32,000 nt of DNA from an uncultured Candidatus Brocadia sp. (GCA_964490485.1 CAZBCT010000003.1:35280-67279), one strand, 5' to 3'; shown: positions 8,579 through 17,649, numbered from the stretch's first letter. Notes: generated from the sequence alone by a model not told the origin. Translations and numbers: made by a program.

Positions 8579-9256
8579 CTAAAAAGAACTCCCTTGTACT
8601 ATGGTATCCAGAAGACGCAGGAGTTCCGTTGGCCTTTTGATCAAGAGCCGCGCGCCATTTTCCAGAAGTTCTTGTCCCGAGCGGAAGCCCCAGAGGGCTC
8701 CCACGGGATACATACCCGCCGACACGGCGGTCTTCATGTCGATGGCGGTGTCGCCAAGGTAGACAAACTGTGATGAAGAGATATTGAGGAAGCGGGAGAT
8801 TTCCAATGCCCCTGATGGGTCTGGCTTGAGAGGCACGGAGTCACGCTGCCCCAGCACGAGATCAAATGTCCATTGGGGAAAATATTCACTTACACACCGC
8901 TTGGTAAAATCATCCGGCTTGTTTGATAAAACAGCCATTTTCACGTCGTGTGCCGCCAGCGCATTAAGCATTTCTGCCACCCCCTCGTAGGGTCTTGTCT
9001 TTATCTTCCATTCTCGTTCATATTCTGCACGGAATGCCTGGACACAATCATGGATAGTAACATCACTCCGTCTGTCCTCAGGCAGTGCACGCCTCATCAG
9101 CACAACCGCACCATCACCCACCATGTAACGATATGCATTCATATCATGCGTGGGAAATCCGTTCTTCTCAAGAACACGATTTGCAGCGCTCGCCAAATCT
9201 TCCAAAGTGTCAAGGAGTGTTCCATCGAGATCAAAGATTATAGCTTTAAATGGCAT
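8579..9256 (-). CDS. HAD-superfamily phosphatase (phosphoglycolate phosphatase-like)
   Basis: It has the FDLDGTLLDT motif I, LSNK motif II and YLGDTAIDM motif III. The likely start is MPFKAIIFD at 9256; the ORF track's 9277 is possible. Confidence 0.85.
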   Translation of the reverse strand: MPFKAIIFDLDGTLLDTLEDLASAANRVLEKNGFPTHDMNAYRYMVGDGAVVLMRRALPEDRRSDVTIHDCVQAFRAEYEREWKIKTRPYEGVAEMLNALAAHDVKMAVLSNKPDDFTKRCVSEYFPQWTFDLVLGQRDSVPLKPDPSGALEISRFLNISSSQFVYLGDTAIDMKTAVSAGMYPVGALWGFRSGQELLENGARLLIKRPTELLRLLDTIVQGSSF

Positions 9257-9584
9257 AGCTCTATCTTTAAAAACCATCCGGGTCTGTATTATTTAACAAT
9301 AAAAGGGGACAGGATGCTTTTGGCATCATGCTGTTGATTGTGTGTTAACATCCTTTAATATATACAATACCATGCTGACAATGCGAAAATAAAGATAAAA
9401 ATGAATGGTTAAGAAACTCCTTGAGACTGATAACTCAAGGTCAGTCTTGAAAGTGACATTGGTTTTTTATGTCGGTGTAATGGTAATTCTATTTCACCCC
9501 TTCAGGCTTTTTTACCGTATAGTGGATTTTGTTTTTATTGCGTGTGAATGCCTTCAGGTACGTTGCACCTACAGAGAAAGGTGT

Positions 9585-9745
9585 TTTTCAAAAAGCTAAA
9601 GTATTACGTTTTTTGAAAATGTAGGGGCGAAGCATTTGCCGGCTTGTGTATGAGCGCATGTATACCAACGATAGCAAATGCTTCGCCCCTACACTGTGCG
9701 GTACACATCGCCATTAATTGGTTCTTTTCAAAAAACTAAATTGTT
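9585..9745. mobile_element. MITE copy A (partly decayed left end, extra solo terminal repeat)
   Basis: The inner 19-bp perfect inverted repeat GTAGGGGCGAAGCATTTGC (9621-9639 / 9674-9692) has a 34-nt loop. The right TIR is TTTTCAAAAAACTAAATTGTT (9725-9745). The left TIR is shortened (9609-9619). An additional TIR-like TTTTCAAAAAGCTAAA sits at 9585-9600. Confidence 0.65.
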
Positions 9746-9933
9746 GTCAATCTTCATATAAAACATACACCGTTAGGCAGAAAATATATAAAATCACCCA
9801 TAAAAACTCAAAGATATAGTGCCGAAAAATGAGGCACTAAAATTGCAACTTATTGAGTTACTGAAGATTCGATTTTTACTTGTTGAACTTGGGTTATGAT
9901 CGGCTATTTATTTTGTGGTAGATTCGCATACGC

Positions 9934-11166
9934 TTAATCCATTCTGCTTATCACAAGACATGAATTATTTCCATCATAATCCATGGTATTTATTATGACG
10001 TTCCGGATTTCTTTTTTAAAGGGTCTTTCAAGGATAAGATTCAGATTAATCTCCGGGTCTTTGTTGCAGTGATTCATGATGTGAGGTATTTGGCCTGTGT
10101 TTATTGACATGATTGATGAAATGATTTGTGCTGCACCGGCGGTTCCGTACGATTCGCCGATGGTCGATTTTATTGCAGATACCGGAATACGAACATTCCC
10201 TGTGTCGAATAACGATTGGATAGCCTTTGCCTCAACCGCATCCTGCATCTTGCATCCGTTTGCATTAGCGCTGATAAAATCAAGGTCTTCCCTTTTTACT
10301 CCAGAGTCTTCCAGCGCTTCATGCATGGCCTTTTCGGCACGACGCACCCGTATATCCGCCGAATGGTCTTTACCGCCCACGAAGGTATTCCCAAGTCCCT
10401 TTACCTCCGCATAGATATGGGCGCCCCTGTCCAGGGCGTGCTGAAGTTCTTCCAGAATAACCACGCAACTGCCTTCTGCCATGACAAAACCGTTTCTCTC
10501 TTTATCGAAAGGCAGGCTCGCCTCTCTTGTACCATCAAGACCGGACAACAAACCGCGCAGGTAAAATATGAGATACAGATCAATGGATATCTGCTCGACA
10601 CCGCCTGTCACGATTACCTTTGCCATATCGCGCTGGATCATTTTGAATGCATCTCCTATGGCATCGGTGCTTGATGTGAAACCAGCAGAAATGGTGCGCG
10701 CAAGCCCCTTCATCTTAAAGATGACCGATACGTAATTGATGGAAGAGTTTAAAGCCACATCGTAACTGAGCATGGGCGACAATTCGGAGGGATTATTTCG
10801 TATGATTTCATAAAAGTAATCGGTGGTCTCGGAAAAATTTCCCAGCGATGAACCGATGACAATGCCCATTTTCTCCGACAGGGAACCATCCGTCGGGAGC
10901 CTTGCATCGTCAATGGCCATCTTGGAAGCAGACCCCAAAAATCGTGTGCCTTTGTTCAGATACTTTAGACCTTTACTACCAAGGTATATCTCGGGTTTAA
11001 GGTCTCTTACTTCCCCGCCGAGCTTGCATTTATACGGAGAAAGGTCAAGAGAGGCCATCGGCGCAATGCCAGATTTCCCGGCGATAAGATTATCCCAAAA
11101 AACCTCTTTTCCGCATCCAAGAGGGGATACGACACCTAAACCGGTAATAACGACTCGTTTTTTCAT
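9934..11166 (-). CDS. Beta-ketoacyl synthase paralogue lacking the Cys-His-His catalytic triad (chain-length-factor-like partner)
   Basis: The product has a KAS fold (MKKRVVITGLGVVSPLG...). Aligned to the adjacent KAS, Cys becomes Phe (ISAGFTSS vs LNACSSG). His becomes Asn (ISANANG vs INAHGTG), and the second His becomes Glu (STIGESYG vs SMIGHLMG). The likely start is ATG 11166. Confidence 0.85.
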   Translation of the reverse strand: MKKRVVITGLGVVSPLGCGKEVFWDNLIAGKSGIAPMASLDLSPYKCKLGGEVRDLKPEIYLGSKGLKYLNKGTRFLGSASKMAIDDARLPTDGSLSEKMGIVIGSSLGNFSETTDYFYEIIRNNPSELSPMLSYDVALNSSINYVSVIFKMKGLARTISAGFTSSTDAIGDAFKMIQRDMAKVIVTGGVEQISIDLYLIFYLRGLLSGLDGTREASLPFDKERNGFVMAEGSCVVILEELQHALDRGAHIYAEVKGLGNTFVGGKDHSADIRVRRAEKAMHEALEDSGVKREDLDFISANANGCKMQDAVEAKAIQSLFDTGNVRIPVSAIKSTIGESYGTAGAAQIISSIMSINTGQIPHIMNHCNKDPEINLNLILERPFKKEIRNVIINTMDYDGNNSCLVISRMD

Positions 11167-11251
11167 TGCACACCCGACAAAACACGGACAAACAAAGTTT
11201 ATCCGTACCACCCAAAAAACCGCTTAAATAAAATGAAAATTCCTCTTTGCT

Positions 11252-11363
11252 GGTTCAATCGTCCTCGATTGAACCGAAACATTTGGTATAATTCCGTCTC
11301 ACTGCACAAGTTCACGCTTTAGAGTAACATTCAAATATATGGTTCAATCTGCAAGATTGAACC
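11252..11363. repeat. Two related hairpins in the KS-KS intergenic region
   Basis: GGTTCAATCG-tcct-CGATTGAACC (11252-11275) and GGTTCAATCT-gca-AGATTGAACC (11341-11363). Both are perfect 10-bp stems sharing GGTTCAAT. Confidence 0.6.
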
Positions 11364-11407
11364 AGCCTTGAGGTTTGCTTCGTCCATTCGGCAAGCTCAG
11401 GACATGC

Positions 11408-12619
11408 TTAACCCATCCTACTAAATATTGTAGTTGCATTGTTTCCGCCGAAGGCAAAGGAATTATTTAATACGTGATCCACTTTTACCTCGCGCATCAC
11501 ATTGGGTACGTAATCAAGGTCGCATTCCGGATCGGGGGTTTCGTAATTAATCGTCGGAGGAATTACTCCATGTCTCAATATCAGACAGCAGACGACTGAT
11601 TCCACGGCACTCGCTGCGCCCATAAGATGACCAATCATCGATTTGGTGGAACTGCAGGGAATCTTATATGCGTCTTCGCTAAATACGCGTTTTATAGCGG
11701 TTGTCTCGGTCTTGTCATTGTGCGGAGTTCCTGTGCCATGTGCATTGATGTACCCAATTTCCTGGGGAGAAAGCCTTGCCATCTTCAACGCATCGCTCAT
11801 GCACTTCACCGCCCCGTCACCTTCGGGATGGGGTGCGGTCATATGAAATCCATCGCAGCTTAACCCATAACCTGCCAGCTCAGCAATAATCGGTGCCCCG
11901 CGTTTTTTGGCAAATTCGTATCGTTCCATGATCAGTATCCCTGCCCCTTCGCCTATCATGAGTCCCTGGCGGTTTTTGTCGAAGGGTTGACAACGCTCAG
12001 GAGCTAAGGCCTTGAGATTATGAAAGTGGGTAAATTCCGTCTGAGGGATCATGTCACCGCCACCGACCATTACCACGTCAACCTTATTATCCACCAGGAG
12101 GTCATATGCCCAGGAAATGGCGTGATTGCCCGACGAGCAGGCGTTCAGCGAGATCATGGTTGGGCCTTCAAAATCAAAGTATTTAGACAGGACATTGGCG
12201 ATCGAATTGGGTGGGTAAACGGCAGCAACGATTTTATCGAAACCGTTATCTTTTCTCGAGGTGTCTAACCGCAAGAGTCTCTCAAACGGTGTCAATTCGG
12301 CTGCCAAGGTTCCTATGGCAATACCAAATCGCTCCCGGTTGAATTTTTTATCACCTAACAAACCACTTTCTTGCAACGCTTCCCTGGCTGCATAGTAGAC
12401 ATATTTATGGATTGTGTTTTCTTTGATCTGATTTTCTAGTTCAAAGTCCCATTGAAAATTTTTTACTTCGCAGGAACGATGCACCTTATATTTTGAGGTG
12501 TCGAAGGACTTCATTTCGTTGGCGCCGTTCCTGCCCTGGATGAATGATTCCCAGCTTTGTTTAACGCCAATCCCAATAGGTGTGACCAATCCCAATCCTG
12601 TAATTACGACCTTTGACAT
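11408..12619 (-). CDS. Beta-ketoacyl-ACP synthase, FabF/FabB (KAS I/II) type, catalytically intact
   Basis: The Cys-His-His triad is present as NACSSG, YINAHGTGTPHND and SSTKSMIGHLMGAASA, with a C-terminal FAFGGNNATTIF. The likely start is ATG 12619; the ORF track begins at TTG 12628. Confidence 0.9.
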   Translation of the reverse strand: MSKVVITGLGLVTPIGIGVKQSWESFIQGRNGANEMKSFDTSKYKVHRSCEVKNFQWDFELENQIKENTIHKYVYYAAREALQESGLLGDKKFNRERFGIAIGTLAAELTPFERLLRLDTSRKDNGFDKIVAAVYPPNSIANVLSKYFDFEGPTMISLNACSSGNHAISWAYDLLVDNKVDVVMVGGGDMIPQTEFTHFHNLKALAPERCQPFDKNRQGLMIGEGAGILIMERYEFAKKRGAPIIAELAGYGLSCDGFHMTAPHPEGDGAVKCMSDALKMARLSPQEIGYINAHGTGTPHNDKTETTAIKRVFSEDAYKIPCSSTKSMIGHLMGAASAVESVVCCLILRHGVIPPTINYETPDPECDLDYVPNVMREVKVDHVLNNSFAFGGNNATTIFSRMG

Positions 12620-12731
12620 ATATTTCAATCTTTAAACAAGAAAGGTCAACTATTCACATTAATTAATCCAACGAATATGTTGACCTTACAAACAATGCTT
12701 AACCCTCCAAAGAAAGGAGGAATTTCCGCTG

Positions 12732-14213
12732 TTAAGACGATGTCTCAATCGGCGTCAATTGTACCTTTTTCCCTGATTTTTTCGATTGTTGATATCGTTT
12801 TAATGCCTCGTCATAGAATCCTGATGTCTGCAATTCTTTGAGATTTTGGATCAGGTGTTGGTAAACGGACTGCCAATCCAGATTGACCCTGAATGCAAAC
12901 ATGGCGGCATTCATGTTATCTTTCAGCACCTCTTTCGCATTTTGGAATCTCTGCCGCAATACCTCGGTGGCATAAATTCTGTCATACAGATATTGAAATC
13001 CATCGATAAGTTCCTGAAGGGACATGTTTTTCAGGACATAGGTGAGATGATGAGACGTGTAATACTTCCAATCCTCCGGAAAGTTTGTCCTGAAAAGCCT
13101 TCCTTCGCCGTTTAACCGGTGATACAGCGGCGTATTAATGAACGGACACAAAATACCGCAGGTCATGATGTCGACATGGGAATCCAGGACAAAATCGGCA
13201 ACCTGCTTAAAGGTATCGGGGGTATCGGCATCATTGCCAAAGACCATGGTCCCCCACACGGCAAGTCCGTGTTTGCGGATATTGGCTATCGCCTCAAAAT
13301 AATTTTCAATGGAGATGCGCAAATTTACGTTCTTGTTCATCGTCTTCAATGCCTCTTCATTGATGGATTCAATCCCAATGAGCATCCCGACGCACCCGCT
13401 TTTTTTCATATATTCAAGGGTTTCATCATCTTTATAGATATTGAGCGAGGTAAACCCGAACCAGTTCTGGTAAATACCCCTTTCCACCATACCCTTGAAA
13501 AGGTCCCGAACACGCTCATTAGACTTTTTGCTGTGTCCGTAAAAATTTTCATCTGTCAGGATCAAACCGCGATATTGACCCTTGATGGATTCGAATTCAT
13601 CAAGGACGTCTTCAATAGGTCTTTCACGATATTTCCTGCCCTGAAACTGAGGCACAGAGCAGAACTCACAGCTAAACGGGCATCCGGCGGTAGTTATAAT
13701 GCCTGAATACCGGTATTTATATTTATCCTTCAAATATTTTCTATCAGGCCGCAACCCCTGATACAACTCCATGGGCGTCAGGACGCCGTCGTATCTTTTC
13801 TGGAGACACCCTTTTTCAAAATCACCAACGATTTTTTCCCAGGTAGTAACAGCTTCCCTCGTAACGACGCAGTCCACATATTTTGCCGCCTCTTCCGGAT
13901 AACTCGTTGCGTGAATACCGCCCATGATTACCGGTATGCCCCGCTTCCGGCAGGCAGTAGCTATCTGATAAGCCCGGTGGGCCTGATAACTTACCGACGT
14001 GATACCGACCAGGTCGGCTCCACCAAAGGTAATATTTCCTGTATTTTCGTCAAGTGCAAGTTCCTGGGTTTCATCGATGATATCGACTTGCCAGTGTTTT
14101 GGAGTCAATACCTTCAGATAGCCGAGATTTACCGGCATTTGATTTAATACGGAGACATTCTCCTCGCCAACATTTCCAATCGGATGTGGATTGATTAATA
14201 CAAGTCTTTTCAT
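12732..14213 (-). CDS. B12-binding-domain radical SAM enzyme (class B type)
   Basis: 493 aa. The N-terminal cobalamin-binding-like Rossmann segment (LVLINPHP...DLVGITSVSYQ...PVIMGGIHAT) is followed by the CPFSCEFC radical SAM motif and a long C-terminal helical extension. Confidence 0.9.
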   Translation of the reverse strand: MKRLVLINPHPIGNVGEENVSVLNQMPVNLGYLKVLTPKHWQVDIIDETQELALDENTGNITFGGADLVGITSVSYQAHRAYQIATACRKRGIPVIMGGIHATSYPEEAAKYVDCVVTREAVTTWEKIVGDFEKGCLQKRYDGVLTPMELYQGLRPDRKYLKDKYKYRYSGIITTAGCPFSCEFCSVPQFQGRKYRERPIEDVLDEFESIKGQYRGLILTDENFYGHSKKSNERVRDLFKGMVERGIYQNWFGFTSLNIYKDDETLEYMKKSGCVGMLIGIESINEEALKTMNKNVNLRISIENYFEAIANIRKHGLAVWGTMVFGNDADTPDTFKQVADFVLDSHVDIMTCGILCPFINTPLYHRLNGEGRLFRTNFPEDWKYYTSHHLTYVLKNMSLQELIDGFQYLYDRIYATEVLRQRFQNAKEVLKDNMNAAMFAFRVNLDWQSVYQHLIQNLKELQTSGFYDEALKRYQQSKKSGKKVQLTPIETSS

Positions 14214-14596
14214 GAACCTTCCTCTTTTTTGGGCACCAATAATACCTGGGCAATGGCATAGTCCTGGCAGTGGGATAAGGATACAGAAATATTATCAATA
14301 TGTTTCTTATCTGCCATTTCTTTTACACTTCCATACAGATTCAAATAGGGCCTGCCCATTTCGTCATTTAAGAGTTCAATATCCGTCCATTTCATTTTAC
14401 CGACCCAGCCAGTCCCCAGCGCCTTGAACAGGGCCTCTTTTGAGGCGAAACGAGCTGCAAAATGCTGATATTTGTTCTTCCTTTGTTTGCAGTATTCCAC
14501 CTCTTTTTCTGTATAAATCCTTCGCAAGAAATCCTCATTGGCGGAGAACAATTTTTCAATCCGTTTTATTTCTATAATATCAATACCAACATACAT
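14210..14596 (-). CDS. acpS: Holo-ACP synthase (4'-phosphopantetheinyl transferase)
   Basis: 128 aa with MYVGIDIIEIKRIEK...FAARFASKEALFKALGTG, typical of AcpS. Its stop overlaps the radical SAM start by 4 nt (ATGA). Confidence 0.9.
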   Translation of the reverse strand: MYVGIDIIEIKRIEKLFSANEDFLRRIYTEKEVEYCKQRKNKYQHFAARFASKEALFKALGTGWVGKMKWTDIELLNDEMGRPYLNLYGSVKEMADKKHIDNISVSLSHCQDYAIAQVLLVPKKEEGS

Positions 14597-14671
14597 AAAT
14601 GATACCCAGTGTCTGGCAATTTCAGTTATTGTAACTACTTACATCATAAGTATCTATTTGGAGAAAAGAGC

Positions 14672-14700
14672 ATTTTACAGGGTTGCAAAATTAATGTCAA
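14672..14700 (-). promoter_or_regulatory. Sigma70-type promoter candidate for the acpS operon
   Basis: On the minus strand, TTGACA (14700-14695) is followed by a 17-nt spacer and TAAAAT (14677-14672). It lies about 75 nt upstream of the acpS ATG. Confidence 0.5.
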
Positions 14701-14970
14701 CGACAATTTACCACCCGACAATTGCCATATAACGGACAAGGGGAGAAGGTTTGCCACCTGTTTACAGGTATAGGTAAATTCTGAATTGTTTTGAATTCTC
14801 CATAATCGCAGGGAAAGGAACTCGACGAGAATGCAAGAGAAGTCTGGAGAATTTCGACAACAAACTTCGTTCAATACCGAAAAAAAAACCTTAATGCAAA
14901 AACAGGAAACAGCTCACCCCTCTGGAGTGAAAGAAATAAATAAATTCATAGGGATATTTTTAAGAGATAG

Positions 14971-15074
14971 CCCGACTTTCGTAATTCGCACTCAAAAACG
15001 GTTGTTTTTGGGCAGGTATTGCCGGAAACCGTCGATTTTCAAGGGATGAATTTCTAAAAACGACTTGTAGTGCC
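14971..15074 (+). repeat. Copy 1 of a ~105-bp repeat (inverted partner at 20645-20749)
   Basis: cccgactttcgtaattc...gggatgaatttctaaaaacgacttgtagtgcc aligns at roughly 80% identity to the reverse complement of 20645-20749. Confidence 0.7.
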
Positions 15075-15217
15075 AACCTTTTTATATGGTTCCTTGAATA
15101 TGCTGGCTTAGCGGCTTGCCTACCCTTCGAATTTTGAAGATTGGGTTAGCGTCACCTTGCAACCCGCGATGCCCGGGCGGAAATGCTGTAAAATAAGCTG
15201 CCAAGAGGTTCCGCTGA

Positions 15218-15996
15218 AAAGCCAAGCATCTTGTCGTAACTCTTCATCCGGCAGCAATCAGCCAAGCTTGCAAACTTCGCGATGAGGCAATCACTGCCGC
15301 AGGGCTTCGCAAGGCGCTATCGGTATTATTGGTGGCCGAGCCAGGTCTTGATGCGGAAAAGACAGCAGAGGTCCTCGGAACAAGCCGCCGAACAATTTTT
15401 CGCAAACGAGAGGAATTTCGCCATCAAGATGATGCATCGAGAAATTCTTGGGGTGGGGGTGGGCGTCGCCGTTTCTCTCTATCTATAGGGGAGGAACGGG
15501 AATTCCTTTCAGCATGGGAAGCAGCGGCAACAGCAGGTGGTGTTCTTTCTGTGCCTGCTGGGCGCCATCGCCCCACAGGCCAGTGGTTAGTCTTGCCCTG
15601 GTACGGGAGTTTAGGTATGAGTATGCAGCGGTAAGTCCGTGGGACGGAGAGATTGATCGTATGACAAGAGAAAAGATGAATACTGAAAGTATGAGTTGTT
15701 TTCTAAAACAGGTAAGTAAGGCACATCCGAATGAGTTTGATGTTATGATTGTTGATGGTGCGTCATCCCATAAAGGCAAAGAACGTAAAATTCCAAAAAA
15801 CATGGCGCTGGTGTTTTTGCCGTCATATCCTCCTGAATTGAGCCAGGCAGAGCAGATATGGAATATACTTCGGCGCGACTATTTTGCTAACAGGGTATTT
15901 GATTCTCTGGATGCAGCGACAGGGCAGGCAAAGCGGGGATTTACTATTATGGTGAAAAACAAAGAGGCAGTAAGAAATTTGACAAATTGGCATTGA
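15218..15996 (+). pseudogene. IS630-family transposase remnant (5'-truncated, internally deleted or frameshifted)
   Basis: One frame gives an HTH part (LVAEPGLDAEKTAEVLGTSRRTIFRKREEF...GGGGRRR) with no start codon. A second frame gives the DDE C-terminus (MIVDGASSHKGKE...FLPSYPPELSQAEQIWNILRRDYFANRVFDSLD). The middle of the catalytic domain is missing. Confidence 0.7.
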
Positions 15997-16048
15997 ATTG
16001 GCGACATCTTGATTGCATAATGGAATAAGATGCATTCAAATGAATACT

Positions 16049-16267
16049 AACAATCCAGTCGAAGCCTGCTATCCCAGCGACTTTTTTCTCGTCATTTTCC
16101 AGTGTCACCAAAGTGTCCATCCGTATGTCCTCAACTGCAGCCATACTATCAAACACTTTGTTCGCAAACCACTTCTCGCATATCTCATCCCAGAGATGTT
16201 CCACCGGATTGCATTGTGGGCTATAAGCGGGCAACCAAACCAACCGCATGTTTTGAGGGATTTTCAC
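16049..16267 (-). pseudogene. Second IS630-family transposase C-terminal fragment
   Basis: LVWLPAYSPQCNPVEHLWDEICEKWFANKVFDSMAAVE...GFDWIV is the C-terminal about 70 aa of an IS630-type DDE transposase. A stop lies immediately upstream. It sits tail to tail with the plus-strand remnant. Confidence 0.65.
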
Positions 16268-16448
16268 TACGTTTACTCTTTTTACCAGGATGACTACGAG
16301 ATCTTTTCAATCCTCTTGTCATACGCATCTGTCGCCTATCTCGCTCTTCACGTTGATCGTGTTGCCCATCATTTCACAGAAGCTTTTGGTCATAGCAAGC
16401 CCAATCCCGCGCCACGATATTTGCTGTGCAATCAAACCCGATGTTGTA

Positions 16449-16718
16449 TCAGTGTGTTGGTGTAATTCTTTCGATTTCATCGCCGTGCGGCGTGGTCAGA
16501 TGGACACGAATAGGCACGCCGGAAGCAGCTGCGGTCTGCAGTTCTCGCAGCGCAACCTCGTGCGTAGGGTTGTGGTGCAACAACCGGTAGATACGCGCAC
16601 TTTCAAAAAACATTACTTCGGTGTGACCCTTGGCTTCGCGCACGCGCGCGACAGTCATCCATCGCTCGCAACTGTCTTCTTTGATCAAGTTACCCTCAAC
16701 AAGTGGCCAAATTGGCAT
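16449..16718 (-). CDS. Small protein paralogous to the N-terminal domain of the adjacent protein-glutaminase homologue
   Basis: The 89-aa segment WMTVARVREAKGHTEVMFFESARIYRLL...LRELQ...PIRVHLTTPHGDEIERITP aligns at about 30% identity to residues about 9-77 of the upstream protein (ILTVAAIRSTKGAVTEILFHERQRIYTLS...LYRLQ...PVKVSLNLRRGEIERTSEP). Its start overlaps the upstream gene's end by 23 nt. Confidence 0.65.
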   Translation of the reverse strand: MPIWPLVEGNLIKEDSCERWMTVARVREAKGHTEVMFFESARIYRLLHHNPTHEVALRELQTAAASGVPIRVHLTTPHGDEIERITPTH

Positions 16719-17649
16719 AATTGATCAGGGTGGCCTCGGTGCTAACGTAGTTCGGATCGGTACTGAATCCCCCGCCATAGGACGGTGCGTACGCTGTGCC
16801 TGGCTGTATCGAGTAACTAGTAACGTGTGCATTGGCATGACAGTTCTTATTCTCCTGCGCCGCAAGCCAAGTACTAAGTAACACCGGTTTATCGAACATG
16901 CCGGGGTCGATTACCATCGCCAGCGTCAGCTTGACCGACGGCAAGCTTCTCGGTAATTTAAGCTGAAGCCGCACACGCAGCAACGGAGCTACATGGTACC
17001 ACCAGGTTACACAACAACCGCCCCATTTGTCCGCCTTTACCGCCAGCTTGTCGTTGTTAGCGGTGGCGAAGCTGAACACCTTCTCAACACAATAACCCCA
17101 TCGCTTCAGGATAATTCGCCGCATCTGGTGTGCGCGTGCATAGCAACCATCGCGCACATACTGGAACGGAATGCACGGCGGTTCTGCAGGTGGACCGGCG
17201 AGGTGACACGAAAGTTTCGCACAGAAATCGAAAATCTCCTTAGCCTTCGCGTAGTTTGGTACGATCTTCTCGCACAGCTTAAATACTGGCCACTTCAGGT
17301 ATAGGTCGGCTAAATTGAAGGTTATCGGGTCGATCTTCTCTAGCTCAATCGGCACAATTTTTTGGGGCTTCTCAAGGGGTAGGCGCTCACGTACGAGGAT
17401 TTCAAGTTCCTTTACGGACGGTTCGGACGTGCGCTCGATTTCTCCACGCCGTAGGTTTAAGCTGACCTTGACCGGCTGCTGCTTTTTGAGCGCTTCTTGC
17501 AGCCGATATAGGATTTGCTCGTCTTTGACTGTCCGTGCACTCAGCGTGTATATACGCTGTCTCTCGTGGAATAGAATCTCCGTTACTGCCCCTTTAGTAC
17601 TACGAATTGCGGCAACGGTTAAAATGTCCGATTCACGCTGGGTAGCCAT
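16696..17649 (-). CDS. Protein-glutamine glutaminase (protein-glutaminase / papain-like deamidase) homologue with a novel N-terminal domain and no signal peptide
   Basis: PCIPFQYVRDGCYARAHQMRRII, CCVTWWYHVAPLL and MVIDPGMF match, from memory, the Chryseobacterium protein-glutaminase blocks PCITFRYPVDGCYARAHKMRQIL, CCVAWSYHVAILV and IIDPSLF (Cys-His-Asp triad). A strong RBS GAGGGGAGG precedes the ATG at 17649. Confidence 0.8.
   Translation of the reverse strand: MATQRESDILTVAAIRSTKGAVTEILFHERQRIYTLSARTVKDEQILYRLQEALKKQQPVKVSLNLRRGEIERTSEPSVKELEILVRERLPLEKPQKIVPIELEKIDPITFNLADLYLKWPVFKLCEKIVPNYAKAKEIFDFCAKLSCHLAGPPAEPPCIPFQYVRDGCYARAHQMRRIILKRWGYCVEKVFSFATANNDKLAVKADKWGGCCVTWWYHVAPLLRVRLQLKLPRSLPSVKLTLAMVIDPGMFDKPVLLSTWLAAQENKNCHANAHVTSYSIQPGTAYAPSYGGGFSTDPNYVSTEATLINYANLATC

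Noticed and set aside
9621-9692. Repeated 19-bp palindromic arms (also at 20865-20936) considered as CRISPR repeats
   Set aside because: There are only two loci, 11 kb apart. Each is an inverted repeat inside a TIR-bounded element, and no regularly spaced direct repeats or cas genes are present. This is a MITE, not a CRISPR array.
13119-13706. Long ORFs antisense to, or nested within, confident genes, for example 13119-13706(+), 98-586(+), 21833-22429(+), 22775-23260(+), 29178-29774(-), 10216-10674(+), 16290-16724(+)
   Set aside because: Each lies entirely opposite or inside a gene with clear family motifs. They have low-complexity or unrecognisable translations and no RBS. They are treated as frame artefacts.
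16268-16442. Search for the right arm of the last attC-like element, expected as ...CCCGATGTTnnnn after ATACAACATCGGG
   Set aside because: No GTT-core or complementary arm is present before the IS630 fragment. The element is interpreted as truncated, so cassette 5 has only a half site. This weakens its boundary call.
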